Origin: Hydrolagus colliei
Taxonomy: Eukaryota
Reading direction: 5' to 3'
Length of the DNA: 64,000 nucleotides
Assembly: GCA_035084275.1 (NCBI GenBank)
Contig: CM068751.1
Coordinates: 8,742,001 to 8,806,000 of the forward strand
Positions 1 to 13,136 of the stretch are shown one piece after another. Under the pieces are notes generated by a model. It saw only the letters and a list, made by a program, of their open reading frames with translations, did no database searches and was not told the origin of the DNA. The number at the start of each line of letters is the position of its first letter. Positions within the stretch are counted from its first letter, which is position 1. The translations under genes and the position numbers were made by a program.

Positions 1-294
1 AAAGCTCCGTGGATATTATTCATTCTGATCTAAGCCTTTATTCAGAGAGAAAGTTAACTTGTAAAATTACTGACGGTACTCGGCAGTTCAAATCATTTAA
101 AACGCTTGATCTCAAACACGGTGGGGGGAAATAGAAGGAAACAGTGCATTTCAAAGAAGAACCTTTCATTGTACTAAAAGGACAATGCTCAATCGAATTC
201 AACGGAGATTGATGTTCAACGTAAGTGGCTGCTAGGAGGCAAAACATATTTTTTTACTGTGAGACTGCCTTAAAACCGACAGCGTTAACATTTG

Positions 295-445
295 AACATA
301 AGAATTAGGAGCAGGAGTAGGCCATTCAGCCCCTCGAGCCTGCCCTGCCATTCAATAAGATCATGGCTGATCTTCTAATCTAACTCCACCGACCTGCCTT
401 ATCCCCATATCCCTTTATTCCTTTGTCCATAAGAAATCTGTCCAT
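295..445 (-). mobile_element. CR1-clade LINE 3' end (shark type)
   Basis: Minus strand reads ...gatcagccatgatcttattgaatggcagggcaggctcgaggggctgaatggcctactcctgctcctaattcttatgttc, typical of chondrichthyan CR1 3' termini (recalled). Confidence 0.75.
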
Positions 446-1267
446 GTTTGGACAGTGTTCTCAATGTTTTTCAAATCATTTAGATCTTAACTTCCTATCT
501 TTTTAAAAAAAATAAGACAATTGAGATTGTTGGGTGAATTTCCCATATCCTAGTGGCAAACGTTTCTTAACAGCAATGCTTTCTACTATTGACCCAATGC
601 ACTATGACCTTACGACTCCAGTATTATTGACAACCAGTGTGGACAGAAAGTGTTAGAAAATAAGCTGAGAAAATCGCTATAGTGTTGACATCTTGTGTCA
701 GAGTGAGGTGCCTTCTATGCTGTGTTGTTGTGTTTGTGTAACGCTTTTTAGTCTTATAGTATTGAGACGATCTGGTGCTGTATTTCACAAATTCTCATGA
801 TTATACCACTGCGATAGTGGACTCCGTCATTTGTTTATTTATAGCAGTAAGTTTGTACCATAAATGTCTCTTTGCTAATGCAAGTCATTAGATGTTCCTC
901 CTCCTTCTCCTGGCTTCTTGTGTTGTCCGTATTTAAGGGCGAAAAGAAAGCAGCATGGAACATTTCATGATTGTAGGCTGGGAATGCCTATCCCACATCA
1001 TTAACAATTGCTCTTTCATGTTTAAGCTAACAACCGCACAGTCATTTTAAATCCAATGAATTTATTCCAAAGAACTCATTTGCTGATTAAATATCTTGTA
1101 TTTAATTGCAGCGGTGTTGAAGTGGTTCTAGGCACTGTTTATTGATCATATATCTCAGTTTCCTAGGTTAATCAAACGTTCTCCAAAAGGCTGCTTTTAT
1201 TTTTACAATTCCAACAGTAATTTGCTAATTCAACTTTCATAGTCACCTTCAATAGTTCTGCCATTTT

Positions 1268-1599
1268 ATAATAATAATAGAACAATCCTTGCATTTTGAT
1301 ATAGCGCTTTTCACATCTTATCGACGTCTCAAAGCGCGTCACAGAATGTACTGTAAAATTAATAGACTGTATGTTTGTGGGTGAAACACAGCAGCTAATT
1401 ACGCACAGCAGTGTCCCACAAACAGTCGTGGATTGAAATCACCAATTTTTATTATTGTGGGGGGTTTTTTGGACAGGTTATTATTAGGTTTGTGGAGTAA
1501 GGAAACTTGGCCCAAGGTTTCGCCTTGATCTGCCTGGATTCAAACACAGGTCTCACGCTTGCAAGGCAAGTGCTCTAACCGCTGAGCTACAGGAGCTCC
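1268..1599 (-). mobile_element. tRNA-derived SINE, full length
   Basis: Reverse complement of the window's SINE consensus (head GGAGCTCCTGTAGCTCAG, tail AAATGCAAGGATT...). Confidence 0.9.
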
Positions 1600-2227
1600 A
1601 AAGGGTCGAAGTTAGCCGCTATCTTATAGCACCAACATGGGGCAAAGGAAACCCAGATTTATGTTTGCGATGTCCACATTACGCTTGCTAGACCAAGGAG
1701 GAGGGTGGTAAGGCAACAAACACAGGCTTAAAGATGTATCTCACCGGAGAGATAATCGAGTTCTTTGAGCCCACATTCAGATCTGTTGCTCTCGCCTTCT
1801 TCCGTTTCAGTTCACAATTAAATGGATGTAGAGAGTAGGCTGCTACCCTCTGCTATTTTGTAAACGCAAACCCATTCTGACACACCACTTGTCTCGTGCT
1901 AAGAAATTCTCCTTCATTTCCATCTGTTCCATGGCGCCAGTGTTAAATTCTATTACTTTCCTGTGACGGCCTCGATATAACAGTCACTGCAAGCATCGAG
2001 CAGCTGTCTTCAACTGGCTCCATCTCCTGAAGCAGTTCACCGTTTTCTAGTCGGGTCAGATTTTGGTGGAGGTTCAAAGTTGGACTGGGGAGATACGATG
2101 GAATGGTTCCAGGCCATAGTCCGTAAATTGTGTTAATATGTCTAGAGAAGCAAATGGTCACAACATAAGGGGTCTAACCAGGTATTCCGTTACCTGTCAT
2201 TTGCATCATGTCATCTCGACCATTTGT

Positions 2228-2550
2228 GGAGTCCTGTAGCTCAGTGGTTGGAGCACTCGCCTTACAAGCGTGAGACCTGTGCTCGAATCTAGGCAGGTCA
2301 GATCAGGGTGAAACCTTGGGCAAATTTCCTTAATCCACACGCCTAATAATAATCCCTCCAGAAAAACAAACACAATAATAAAATTGGTCATTTCAATCCA
2401 CGACTGTTTGTGGGGACACTGCTGTTTGCAATTAGCTGCCATGTTTTGCCCACAAATATACAATCAATTCACTTTAAGTATATTCTGTGAAGTGCTGTGA
2501 GCCATCTAGAAGACTTGAAAAGTGCTATATCAAATGCAAGGATTATTATT
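2228..2550 (+). mobile_element. tRNA-derived SINE, full length
   Basis: A box TAGCTCAGTGG, B-box-like GCTCGAATC, body, tail CAAATGCAAGGATTATTATT. Confidence 0.9.
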
Positions 2551-3174
2551 CTCTACAAATCAAAGGTCTTGGCCATCATGATTAGTTGGCCTTAATCTCA
2601 ACAAACTCATGAGTTAGCAAGACTGAAATGTCATTGTCAATCTTATTGGTAGTCCTTCTTTTAGAAACATTCCTCGAGGTCTTCCGATCCCTTATATATT
2701 TTTAAGTAAATAAATAAATAAAGAATACCGCAATGCATATTTTCTACATATTTGTATCGATTTTCTTAAAAATAGTCTCCAATTTCAAAATCAGTTCCAA
2801 TCCCACCCAGACTGGAAAATACCACCCCAAACACCAGACACACATTCTGTGGAAAGTCATCAGGTATCTCTGAAGAAATCTTTGAGGCTGCATCCCAGAG
2901 CAGTGTGAAAGAAGGTTATAGTTTATGCAGCACTATGGATAGCAAGTTGACCAAAGAACCTGTGTGATCTACCAAGATCACCTCCCTCAATTGTGCAGTA
3001 TCATGTAAGCAAAGCTTGTTGCCTGATTGAACACTGGAGTGAGTACTTTTCATACTGTTCTGACAGTAGCTACTCTCTTCTGTAAGGCTTTATGTAATAA
3101 GGCTCCATTTGTCCCTTGTGATTGATGCTTCCCTTCATTTGATGGTTAGAATCTAGCAAGCATTTGAGATACTT

Positions 3175-3340
3175 GTGGGATTCCATCTCCTGCTTGCTCT
3201 CCAGAGGTCCTGCTGGAAGCCTTTGCAAGTGTGTTTGTTGAATGAAGATAGTATCTGGCTCGGGTGCGAATACTGCCCTTCACTGTCCCCCTCCCCACCA
3301 CAACCCCCAAAAACGGCCAATGTGAAGGGTGAACTATGGT
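3175..3340 (+). mobile_element. Old SINE-like repeat fragment (related copies at ~34140-34230 minus and ~43925-44110 plus)
   Basis: ttccatctcctgcttgctctccag at 3181 resembles ttccctcacttgatagttatcca at ~44003. Both resemble a widespread old shark repeat recalled from memory. Highly diverged. Confidence 0.35.
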
Positions 3341-3532
3341 CATGGACTATTCCAAAAGTAGATGTAAAGAGGTATCAGCCAACATCTAAACAACTACAAA
3401 ATTACATTTATAGCTTGCCTTTCACGTCGGGAGGACGTCCCAACGTGCCGAAGGAGTTGAGGAGAAATGAAACAGTCTTTTCATGCTTTCTCATTATAAA
3501 CAGTAAAGAAATTGTTGGCATTTAATAAAAAT

Positions 3533-3832
3533 GATAATAATAATCCTTGCATTTGATACAGCGCTTTTCACATCTTCCAGATGTCTCAAAGTACTTCACA
3601 GAATATACCGTAAAGCAAATTGACTGTATATTTGTGGGCGAAATGCAACAGCAATGACCCACAAACGGCAATAGATTGAATTGACCAATTTTTTTTAATT
3701 TTTTTTGAGGGATTATTACTAGGCGTGTGGAGTAAGGAAACTTGCCCAAGGTTTCGCCCTGACCTGCCTGGAATCGAACCCAGGTCTCTTGCTTGTAAGG
3801 CGAGTGCTCTAACCACTGAGCTACAGGACTCC
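3533..3832 (-). mobile_element. tRNA-derived SINE, full length
   Basis: Matches the SINE consensus on the minus strand. Confidence 0.9.
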
Positions 3833-3998
3833 ACAATGTCTGAAGAGATCATTCAGAATCCATCTTTATCTCTCAGCTGCTTGATGGCAGAGCATCCACA
3901 TCTACATTTCAACCCTGTGCAAACTTTTTCATTCCAGACATCATGTTGGCCAGTCTGAAAAAATTCCAATCGCTACCAACGCATTTCACATCAAACCT

Positions 3999-4328
3999 GC
4001 TCCTGTCGCTCACTGCTTAGAGCACTCACCTTGCAAGTGTGAGACCAGTGTTCGAATCCAGGCAGGTCAGGGTGAAACCTTGGACAGGTTTCCTTACTCC
4101 ACATACCTAATAATAATCCCTCCAAACAAAAACATAATAATAAAATTGGTCATTTCAATCTACAACTGTTTGTGGGACACTGCTGTGTGCAATTGGCTGC
4201 CGCGTTTCGCCCACAGATATACAGTCAATTTGCTTTACAGTATGTTCTGTGAAGCGCTTTGATACATCGATAAAATGTGAAAAGCGTTATATCAAAAGCA
4301 GGGATTATTGTTATTTATTATTATCATT
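3999..4328 (+). mobile_element. tRNA-derived SINE, full length
   Basis: Matches the SINE consensus; head-to-head with 3533-3832. Confidence 0.9.
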
Positions 4329-5750
4329 AGAAATCCAATATACATTACCACTTACATTTTCTGTGTCTCTCTCTTTGAGGCTTATTCTTATATCATTGCA
4401 CTGAATGTCGGAAAGTACATTCTTGACAGAAGTGACAGAACAGTGTCATCGGGGTCTAATAGGCAGCAATTTCTAATGGGGTTGATTCATAAAGAAGCCA
4501 GTAATATGACTTGTAACACCAGCAATGTCACTCCAATATAACTTGCTTTTGGAGCAAAGAACCTGTGGTTTGCAATAATGTACGTGGTTTGAAAATACTG
4601 GCAGGCAGGAGCTCCCATTAATCCTTATTAAGCAGTTTAGTTTTAAATTACTGCGTGATAGACCCCATAAGCTTCAAAGTGTTTGTTCGGTCTTCCATTG
4701 TTTGTTACTGAGGTGTATGTATGTTCTGCCTCGAAAGTGCTTGAAGATAGGTTATACAGTGTAAAATGATTGAATAAGTCTCCCAGTGAATCTTTCAATT
4801 TGACTCTCAACCTATCTCATAATGAAAGTGGAGCTATCTTCCAATACAATGTTCTTTTCGTCCCCGAACAACGTGAAAAGATAGATTAAATCAATTGATG
4901 CTCCTCTTGTTCTAAACAAATTGCTATATAACAACACATATACTGGTTGTTAAAGGTGTAAATTAAAATGGATTGCCAAGCAAAGCACTGTACTTTTTGA
5001 TTTTGCAGCCAAGGCATTTTTTGAGTGAAGAGGAGGGAGCATTATATTGTTTTTAATCCATGCTGCATTTACAACAACAACAGCAACAACTTGTATTTAT
5101 AAAGCGGCCTTCAAACGGCTTAGCGTCCTGGAGTGTTTTACTCTGAGCAGTTATAATATGGTTCATTTTCGCACTGCTGACGCTCCTTGCTTTCTTGGTC
5201 AACAATCTCACGCACACACGCGCACACGCACAAGCACATATACACCATCCCTGCTAACACAGCTAAATGTTCAAATTAACCTACATCGATAAACGGAACA
5301 TTTGACAAGTCACTGTAAACAGAAGGCGAAGCACTTTAGTTCGGTTGGTTCTGCGACGCGGCCATTAATAGCATCTCTTTAATCGTACGTCCGCAAACGG
5401 CTCAACAAACTCAACAGTCCTAGAAAAATATGTCAAATTGTGGACTTTAAATAATTACCCTTATTAAACCATCATGTATTTTATGGGAGGAACGCGTGAT
5501 ATTAATTTAACATGAAGCTTTCACATTTGACTTCCCCCACCTGGCTCTGATCAAATCTTCGTGCCACGACATTGATCCTGTTCAAGTTGGGGCTGATCTG
5601 TACCGGTTTCATGTACAGCATGGAGATGTGTTATCACCTGCTCCCTGCACCATCAGTGCACCCTGCATTGTAAAGTGGTTCTGGTAAGGAAAGCTTTTTA
5701 AAATGGGTTTGTTTTCCATTTGTTTGCCATACTCTCAAGTACTGCAGTAA

Positions 5751-6057
5751 GGACTTCTGTAGCTCAGTACACTCGCCTTGCAAGCGAGAGACCTGGGTTC
5801 GATTCCAGGCAGGTCAGGGCGAAACCTTGGGCAAGTTTCCTTACTCTACACGCCTGATAATAATCCCTGAAAATAACACGATAATAAACTGTTCATTTCA
5901 ATCCATGACTGTTTGTGGGACACTGCTGTGCGCAATTGGCTGAGCGTTTCACCCACGTATATACAACACAGTCAATTCACTTTACAGGATATTCTGTGAA
6001 GCACTTCGAGACGTCGAGAAGATGTGAAAAACACTATGTTAAATGCAAGGATTATTA
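5751..6057 (+). mobile_element. tRNA-derived SINE
   Basis: Matches the SINE consensus, with a small deletion in the D arm. Confidence 0.9.
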
Positions 6058-7570
6058 CAAGTACATTATGCACGTGGCACGATTTTGATCCTGCAAGATC
6101 TGATAGAGGCCTGTTGTGTGACCAAACCTCAGGCATCATTCCCCTTCACAGCTCTGTCCGTCACATTGTGATGCCTCCAGAATTGTGGCTGTGAATACCG
6201 TTTCCCAAAGTTAATGCAGTGTTAAATAACTTTATGGATGCTTGGCAAGATAGTGTTCAAAGAACATTAATGACACCAGGCACCATGTTGGTGGACTCGT
6301 GATCTTAAATTAACAACGTGTGTTTCGCCCACAAACATTACCATCAATTCACTTTACAGTGTTTTCCAGGAAGAGTTTTCTTTGACATCTTGATAACATG
6401 ATAAGACACGAGTCACCTTTCGTCACGTCAAATGCTCAGATTATTATTATTGTTATTTAATTGCATGTGACATTGACTATTACCTAAACCTTTGTCTCGT
6501 TCCTACCTTTATTTAAAGAGCAAGTTTGTTGGCTATCAAAAGTTACATGAACCTGCACGAACCCCTTGCCTTTAAACAGTGTGGCGTTGTCAATGTGCAG
6601 CTGCTCGTCTTGTGAAAGTTCTAGGAGCATACAGACAGCTAGATCCCATGTCTGAAATTGGAACTTCTCTGTTCGTACTGAATAAATCTGGCTTAAAACA
6701 TAATTCTAACTGTCACTGTTCCAATGAAGTTACTGGGAATCAAACCCAAGGCTCTTGATAGCTCCCTTCAGTGGTATGTTGTTGCTCCCTATCCCACTGA
6801 CACTTTCATCTATCTTGCTTGTGATTTATTACAAAAGATACATCAAAGGTAATCTCTTATTATATTGCTTTGCACAAAGCCGTATCTAACTCGAGGTTCC
6901 AGTGGACAAATCTCTAAAGCCCTGCTGTGAGATGGCAGTTCAGTACAGTAACCGAAGTCAAAAAAAACAAGCAACACTGTGCGAATAGAGAAACATTCCT
7001 AAATCAACTGGGATTGTTAATGGAGCATAAAGATTGTAACCGAAGTGAGGTGGGACGACCGGACGTGAATATACACTGACCTTATTTCATCGGGTCATTG
7101 TGCCTACAACTTAAGAGTTCCACATCTACACACGCATACGCACACGAAAGAGTTGGAGGTTGAAATCGCAAATTCATAAGCAAACCGTGGGGTTTTCAAG
7201 GTGCGTTAGTCTCCCGTCGATGCTCTAATTTCCATCAGATTTTTTGAATTAATAAGGGTCATCTTCATAAAAAGAAGAAACTAAAAAGCACCCGAGGGGG
7301 TGGTTGGTGCAAAACCGAAGCTGCTGTAGAGTTGAAGTCTTGGGATGCAGTTGCCATAGAAACTGTTTAATTCTCCCTCACTGTCTGAGTTGTGACGTTA
7401 ATGTATCCAGCAGGTCCATCGAGCCCGAGCTAAGGTTGACTCTGTTTAGGACAGGTCTCTGCTGATATAGATTAGTACTGCAGCAACTATATCTAATCAT
7501 AATAATCTTCCTTGCCTTTGATATAGCACCTTATCACATGGTTGAGATGTCTCAAAGATATATCTATCTA

Positions 7571-7576
<6 letters not shown>

Positions 7577-7608
<32 letters not shown>
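7577..7608. repeat. (AT)n microsatellite
   Basis: Direct inspection. Confidence 0.95.
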
Positions 7609-7609
<1 letters not shown>

Positions 7610-7769
7610 TTATATATAAAACAACTATATGTCAGACTGAATTGAAACCAGAAATACCCCCTATGGAGTGATCATCTCACTCTTTCTGTGTTTAGATGTG
7701 AGAAATTAGAATTTTAAACTGTGACTAAAATGAACTAGTCGCTGGTTAAAATTAGAATTGTGACGAGAA

Positions 7770-7915
7770 CTGTGCGCAATTGGCTGCCGCGTTTCGCCCA
7801 CAAAATACACAGTCAATTCGCTTCACGGTGAAGATTCTGTGAAGCGCTCGGGAGGCACCACGGAGACGTGACAAGGCGGTGGAGGTCAAATGCAAGGATT
7901 ATTTATTTCTATTAT
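7770..7915 (+). mobile_element. 5'-truncated SINE (similar partial copies near 6318, 7495, 15254, 19438, 30805, 33450, 41953, 46030, 47695, 52500, 52741, 54118, 54315)
   Basis: Contains CTGTGCGCAATTGGCTGCCGCGTTTCGCCCACAAAA and the AAATGCAAGGATT tail but no tRNA head. Confidence 0.85.
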
Positions 7916-8099
7916 AATCAGAGTGATCGATCAGGTGGGGGTATTGCAAATCAGATCATTGATTTCTAAAGCCTTTCATAGGCAAACATTTTCCATCTTC
8001 CAACTCCAACTCCCAACAATTAGCAGAGCAAGATGTGTTTGGCTTTGCTTTCAACACGAATGTATTTTTTTTCGAAATGAATCAGTTTGCGGGCTAGGG

Positions 8100-8809
8100 T
8101 CTGTTTGGGGTATATATATTTTTGACTCCCATCCACCCCATTCAAAAAAAAATAAGTGAAAAGAAGATGATGGGGAGAGAGGGAGGGAGGGAGGGAGGGA
8201 GAGAGGGCTGGGTTTGGGATTTTTAAAAAAAAAAAGTTAATATTAATGAGGTAAGGAGAGACAATCCTAAAAACAAAACTGTCATGAATTATTCAGATGA
8301 GACAGGAACATTTCCTTACAAGGTCGATTGGTGTGTTTTTTTTTAAAAAAAGAAGGCTGGGCTTTTTTTATATAAAAAAAAGATTGGAGAATCCCTCTCT
8401 CTCTCTCTCCCTCTGTCGTTTCAGTTTTGCGTTGAAAACTCCAGGCTTTAAGAGGGGGTGGGGGGGGGGTGTTAAAAAGGACTCTGCAGCAGTCATAATA
8501 ATAGCAACGTCGATTCATTCGAATGAGGTTTCATTGAAATGTTACCGGGAGCCACAGCTTTACTTCACAGCTGCCAGGAGATTTGTTTGAGGACGTTTCA
8601 TTGCTAAGTGAATTAAGTCTATTTTGGAACTCCAACCCTCGGCAGCAAGAGGATGGGCTTTAAAACAATAGGAAAGAAAGAGCATCCAAATTAACAGCCA
8701 GTCCAAACAACACATAACACACACACACACACCCAGCACACACACACACACTCACACAATATAGGATTTGTTCCAGACAATGTCTTGATGGGATCATTAC
8801 CAGCAGAAG
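8100..8809 (+). promoter_or_regulatory. Putative promoter / 5' UTR of the MT first exon
   Basis: Unique, SINE-free sequence with a (GGGA)n purine tract at ~8173-8207, G runs and (CA)n, leading to the ATG ACT|gtgagt donor. The transcription start cannot be located. Confidence 0.4.
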
Positions 8810-8815
8810 ATGACT
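8810..8815 (+). CDS. SCHIP1: Candidate alternative first coding exon end (Met-Thr), phase 0, would splice to 14187
   Basis: gaagATG ACT|gtgagt: A at -3, consensus donor at 8816, in-frame TGA upstream at 8786-8788. Joins DYREDG in frame. Lies in a SINE-free promoter-like region. No transcript evidence. Confidence 0.5.
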
Positions 8816-9749
8816 GTGAGTACAGTAGTCTATTTTGAGAGGCTTGTAATGCAGACACTCTGATAAAAATGCTGTACAGTATACTGTTTGCATTTCTTCA
8901 TGTGTGCACTGTAGTGATTTGTTTTGCACTGTGGTCAGAATCTCCTCTGGGTTTGTGTTTTAGTGTGGAATTTTGTATGGGTAATCTTTTTGATATTTTT
9001 CTTCCAACCCCCCCCCCTCCCTCTCTCCCAGAAAATCAGTGCTCAACCCATCTCCACATTCATTTCCTGGTAACCTCATCATTACTATTATTCCATTGGA
9101 ATATTGTACAGTGGGTGTCAAATAGCGTAGACTTGTCCTGGGCGAGAGAAAAGATGTCTGGAAATAAAAAATCTATTCGATTTTAATATTAAATTACCCT
9201 TGATGGCTGTATGTTGTTGTTTTTTTGTTGGGGGGGGGGGGGGGAGGTCATTTAAAAGAGCTTTCCATGTAAATATTTATTTGTGTTTTTTTTTATATAT
9301 ACGTGTATCTAAAAAAAACACATGAAAATAACTTTTAATGAAAGGTCGTGTCTGGGGGAGCGTTTTTGCCTTGAAAACCAGGGCAGATGTGAGATGGACA
9401 AGGGGGTTGGGGGAGTGTGGGTGGTGGAGATTGATCTGTCCAGTCTGTGAGTCTCTTCCTCAAGTCCCAGGGATGGGCTTGTGGTTCAGGGTGGAGAATA
9501 AATTTCTGTCTGTGTGTGAATGAGTGAGTGAGTGTGTGTGTGACTCATTCCCTAACAGTGCCGGCTGCCTCAACATACTTTTAACATCCACATATTTGTC
9601 AATTGACGTCAAGGCGAGCGTTAAAAGGGAAACTAACCACCTCGACCATCCCTCCACCTCACCCTTTCCTTCCTTCCTCCCCTCCCTCTTCTACCCCTAG
9701 TTTCCTTCGTATCGTTTCTTCCTAAATGATCAAACTCCACAGTCGTCGT

Positions 9750-9774
9750 CCCCCCCCCCCCCCCCCCCCCCCCC
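9750..9774. repeat. Poly-C tract (25 nt)
   Basis: Direct inspection. Confidence 0.95.
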
Positions 9775-10077
9775 ACCATTGTTTTTTTTCTTGGCTGATT
9801 TGCAGTTCAAAAGAAATGAGAATTGTTTGAAGCATTTTTGCTTAGGGGGGAAAAAAAACACTTAAAACCTAGGAATAGGTTCCTCTGGCTATTCCCCCCC
9901 ACCCACCCCTTTTTGGGGGAAAAAAATATAGATTATTTTAAGATAGATTTACTATTTATTATTATTATTATTTTAAGAAATCAGGGGAAACAATTCCACC
10001 TGCCCTGACTTCCAGCAGTTAGTTGCTCAGTGCTGATGCATTTTCACTCCATAGATGATACAAACCTCATGTAGGTT

Positions 10078-10645
10078 AGGGGGGGGTGCTGTGTGTGTGT
10101 GTGTGTTGTACAATATCAAATGGATGAGAATATGTTGCTGCTCTAACCCAAAGAGAGGGCGTTTTACTGCGTCTGTTTGAGTGTGTTGGGTTGGGAGAGA
10201 GACAGAGAGATGTGTTTGGAGAGAGAGAGAGAGGGAGACGAGTGATGGAGAGATAGATAGAGGTGGTGTGGAGGGGGGGGGGGGGGGGTCTGTGTTTGAG
10301 AGAGACAGACAGACAGAAAGGTGTGTGCAGTGTGTCTCTGTGTGTGTTTGAGAGACAGAGAGAGAACTGTGTGTGTGTTTGAAAGACAGAGGTGTGTGGG
10401 GTGTGTCTGTGTTTGAGAGAGACAGACAGACAGACAGACAGAGAGACAGACAGAGAGAGGTGTGCGTTTGAGGGACAGAGAGAAGTGTGTGTGGAGTGTG
10501 TCTGTGTTTGAGAGACAGACAGAAGACAGGCAGAGAGAGGTATGTGTGGAGTGTGTGTGTGTGTGTGTCTGAGAGAGATACAGGCAGAGGTGTGTGTGTG
10601 TCTGAGAGAGATACAGACAGAGACAGCTGTGTGTGTGTGTGTGTG
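10078..10645. repeat. Compound (GT)n/(GA)n/(GACA)n low-complexity array with a loose higher-order unit
   Basis: The motif gtgtgtctgtgtttgagagagacagacag recurs in degenerate form about 8 times. Confidence 0.9.
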
Positions 10646-10974
10646 AAGAGGGTTTACTGGCAAGTTAGCAGCTGCAACAGCGACGTTTCCCTTTTAAGAA
10701 GACTTGGGAGTGAGATGAAAGCAAGGTCTGGTTAGGTTAAGGTTTACTGACTGAGTGACTGAGGAGTGGAGCCAGGGCTGATGTGGGGGCTTTAACCTGC
10801 TCTTTAGGTGGGTGAAGCTTTTCCCTCAGAGGGTAACCATTTGTCTGGATAGTTTGTGGTGCCGAGTTAATGTGTTGTGTGTGTGTTGTGTGTGTGTGAG
10901 AGAAGCCAGCGTTGATCCAGTGGTTAAGGTCTTTCCTCTTTGCACAGACTGTGATTTATTTAATTTACACTCTC

Positions 10975-11016
<42 letters not shown>

Positions 11017-12148
11017 TCACACTAACTAGTTGTTCTCTCCTCGTCTTTCCTTTGTTCCCAGTGGCTGTTGCTCTCTGGATAACCTGTTTTAAAGTAACGT
11101 GGGGGAGTGGGGGGGGGGAAATAGGCAGTGAGATAAATGAGCTGAAACTTGCAAGAGTTGAGATTGATTTCTCTCTCTCTCTCTCTCTCCTTCGCTTCCT
11201 CTCTCTCCATTTCCCAGGAAAAGGAAGAGGAAAGGGAAGGGCTGAGGCTGGGATGGAATCTTTAAATAATCTTTAGCCTCCCCACCAACATAAACCAAGA
11301 CCTTGCAAACCGTTTGATCTCACGAATGCTGCCCATTCTCTCTCTCTCTCTCTCCCCCTCTCTCCAAAGGAAGGTTTCAATAGTTTGAACACACATGTCA
11401 CACAGAAAGCAACGTGTTAGTTAGGCCCTGAAAGGCCCCAGTATGTTTGAAAGACCGTTGAGATTTCATAATGTGCCCATCTCTTATTTTTATATGCTTA
11501 TTCTGCTTTTTTTGGAAAAAAAATGAACAAAAAGAAGAATTAATGTGTTTCAATGGAAACCTGTTGTGCGCTGCGAAAGATTTGTGTGTGGATTCCCAAT
11601 TGCATTGCACACTGTGGCTACATCTTTTCTTTGGAGGGTGGGGGGCTTAACGAGATTTTTAATTGTGGATGTATTGTGAGAGATGTTCACAGCTGATGGG
11701 ACGCAATCATTTGTTGCTTTGTTTGGAAATTGTTCCAAAAAAACGATGTGTAATTATAAGCGACTGTAAATAATGAAGGGAATCTGAATTGCAATAAATC
11801 TCGCCCAGCGCATATTTATTTGTATATTTCTGCATATTTTAGTTGGCGTTGGAATAGAAAGCCTTCAGGCAAAGCGGTGCTTCAATGAGTGCAGTTTAAG
11901 CGAGTAAGTCAGTGGTGCGGAATACAAAATAGCAAGTGATCTGTGCTCTTACCTCTATTCCTATTTTGTGTTGTAAATGAGCAAAGTTTGGTTCCAAATA
12001 GTGTAGCCATAACAGTCCTGTGTGTGTGTGTGTGTGATTTGTTACCGGTAAGGTATTCGGCTAGTGTTTCAACCATAGAGGACAATGAGTTGGCTAAATG
12101 CCATTCTTTCAAACTTAGTTGAGGAATGTCTAGCCGATTCAAGACACA

Positions 12149-12466
12149 TAATAATAATAATAATAATCCTTGCATTTGATATAGAACTTTTCATGTCTTC
12201 TGGAATCTCAAAGCGCTTCACAGAGTACACTGTAAAGTGAAATGACTGTATATTTGTGGACAAAATGCGGCAGCCAATTGTGCACAGCAGCGTCCCCACA
12301 AACAGTCGTGGATCGAAAAAGACCAAATTATTATTGGATTTTTTTGAGAGATTATTATCAGGTGTGTGGAGTAAGGAAACTTGCCCAAGGTTCCACCCTG
12401 CCTGGAATTGAACCCAGGTCTCTCACTTGCAAAGTGAGTGCTCTTACTACTGAGCTACAGGTCTCC
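12149..12466 (-). mobile_element. tRNA-derived SINE, full length
   Basis: Matches the SINE consensus on the minus strand. Confidence 0.9.
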
Positions 12467-13136
12467 AAAATGCCTATGAACTGAATCACCCCACTCTTAC
12501 CACACCGCGTATATATATCATTGACCAACAGGATGATTGAAATCTTGGAAGCAGTTATTTTCATTTAACCTGAAGCAGGATAAAGCCAGACATGTACTAT
12601 ATCAAACAATAGGAAAAAACTGATCAAATAATATACTGTAACTGTAAAGAACAGAGCTTTCCACTTGGGTTTTCTACTGCAGTATTGAAAGTACTGAAAT
12701 TCGCAGGTTAACCCATAATAAATTGCAGCCTTGATTGTTGACCTGCACTGTTGATTGATGGCTTAAAACAATCCAGAGGCATTAACTGTTAGCATAGCTG
12801 TGGGGCTGGTATGCTTTTGAGCATGTGCAATTGAGAGTTGAGCTGACAATCTCACCTCCTCAACTGTTTTTGTCGATGGACGCTGCCTTGTTAGACTCTT
12901 GCTATTTCCATATTTGATTTGAATTGTTTTTGAAGTATTTTGACAATGAACTGATGTATATTATTGGACATATTTGTCCAGTCTTTCACAATTCCAGCGT
13001 AAAAATAGCTGGAAGCATGGCTGGCCAGCCTGGTAGTTTGGATTGCCTATTATTACATGGAGACGCGTCTCTCGAGGTTTAGAAATAGAGTTTAAAATGT
13101 GCAATTTGAGATTTTAAATTACAGTATATTAAATCT

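Noticed and set aside
2228-2305. tRNA-Val(TAC)-like genes at each SINE head
   Set aside because: Every instance continues into the same SINE body and tail, has stem mismatches and lacks a Pol III terminator directly after the acceptor stem. They are SINE heads, not tRNA genes.
10076-10663. 195-aa His/Thr/Leu/Ser-rich ORF on the minus strand
   Set aside because: It is a translation of the compound microsatellite.
10715-10870. MKARSG and QRVTI words reminiscent of the human SCHIP1 N-terminus MERSGQRVTT
   Set aside because: The two words are ~100 nt apart, separated by a stop and not in one frame, and there is no convincing phase-0 donor. Probably chance.
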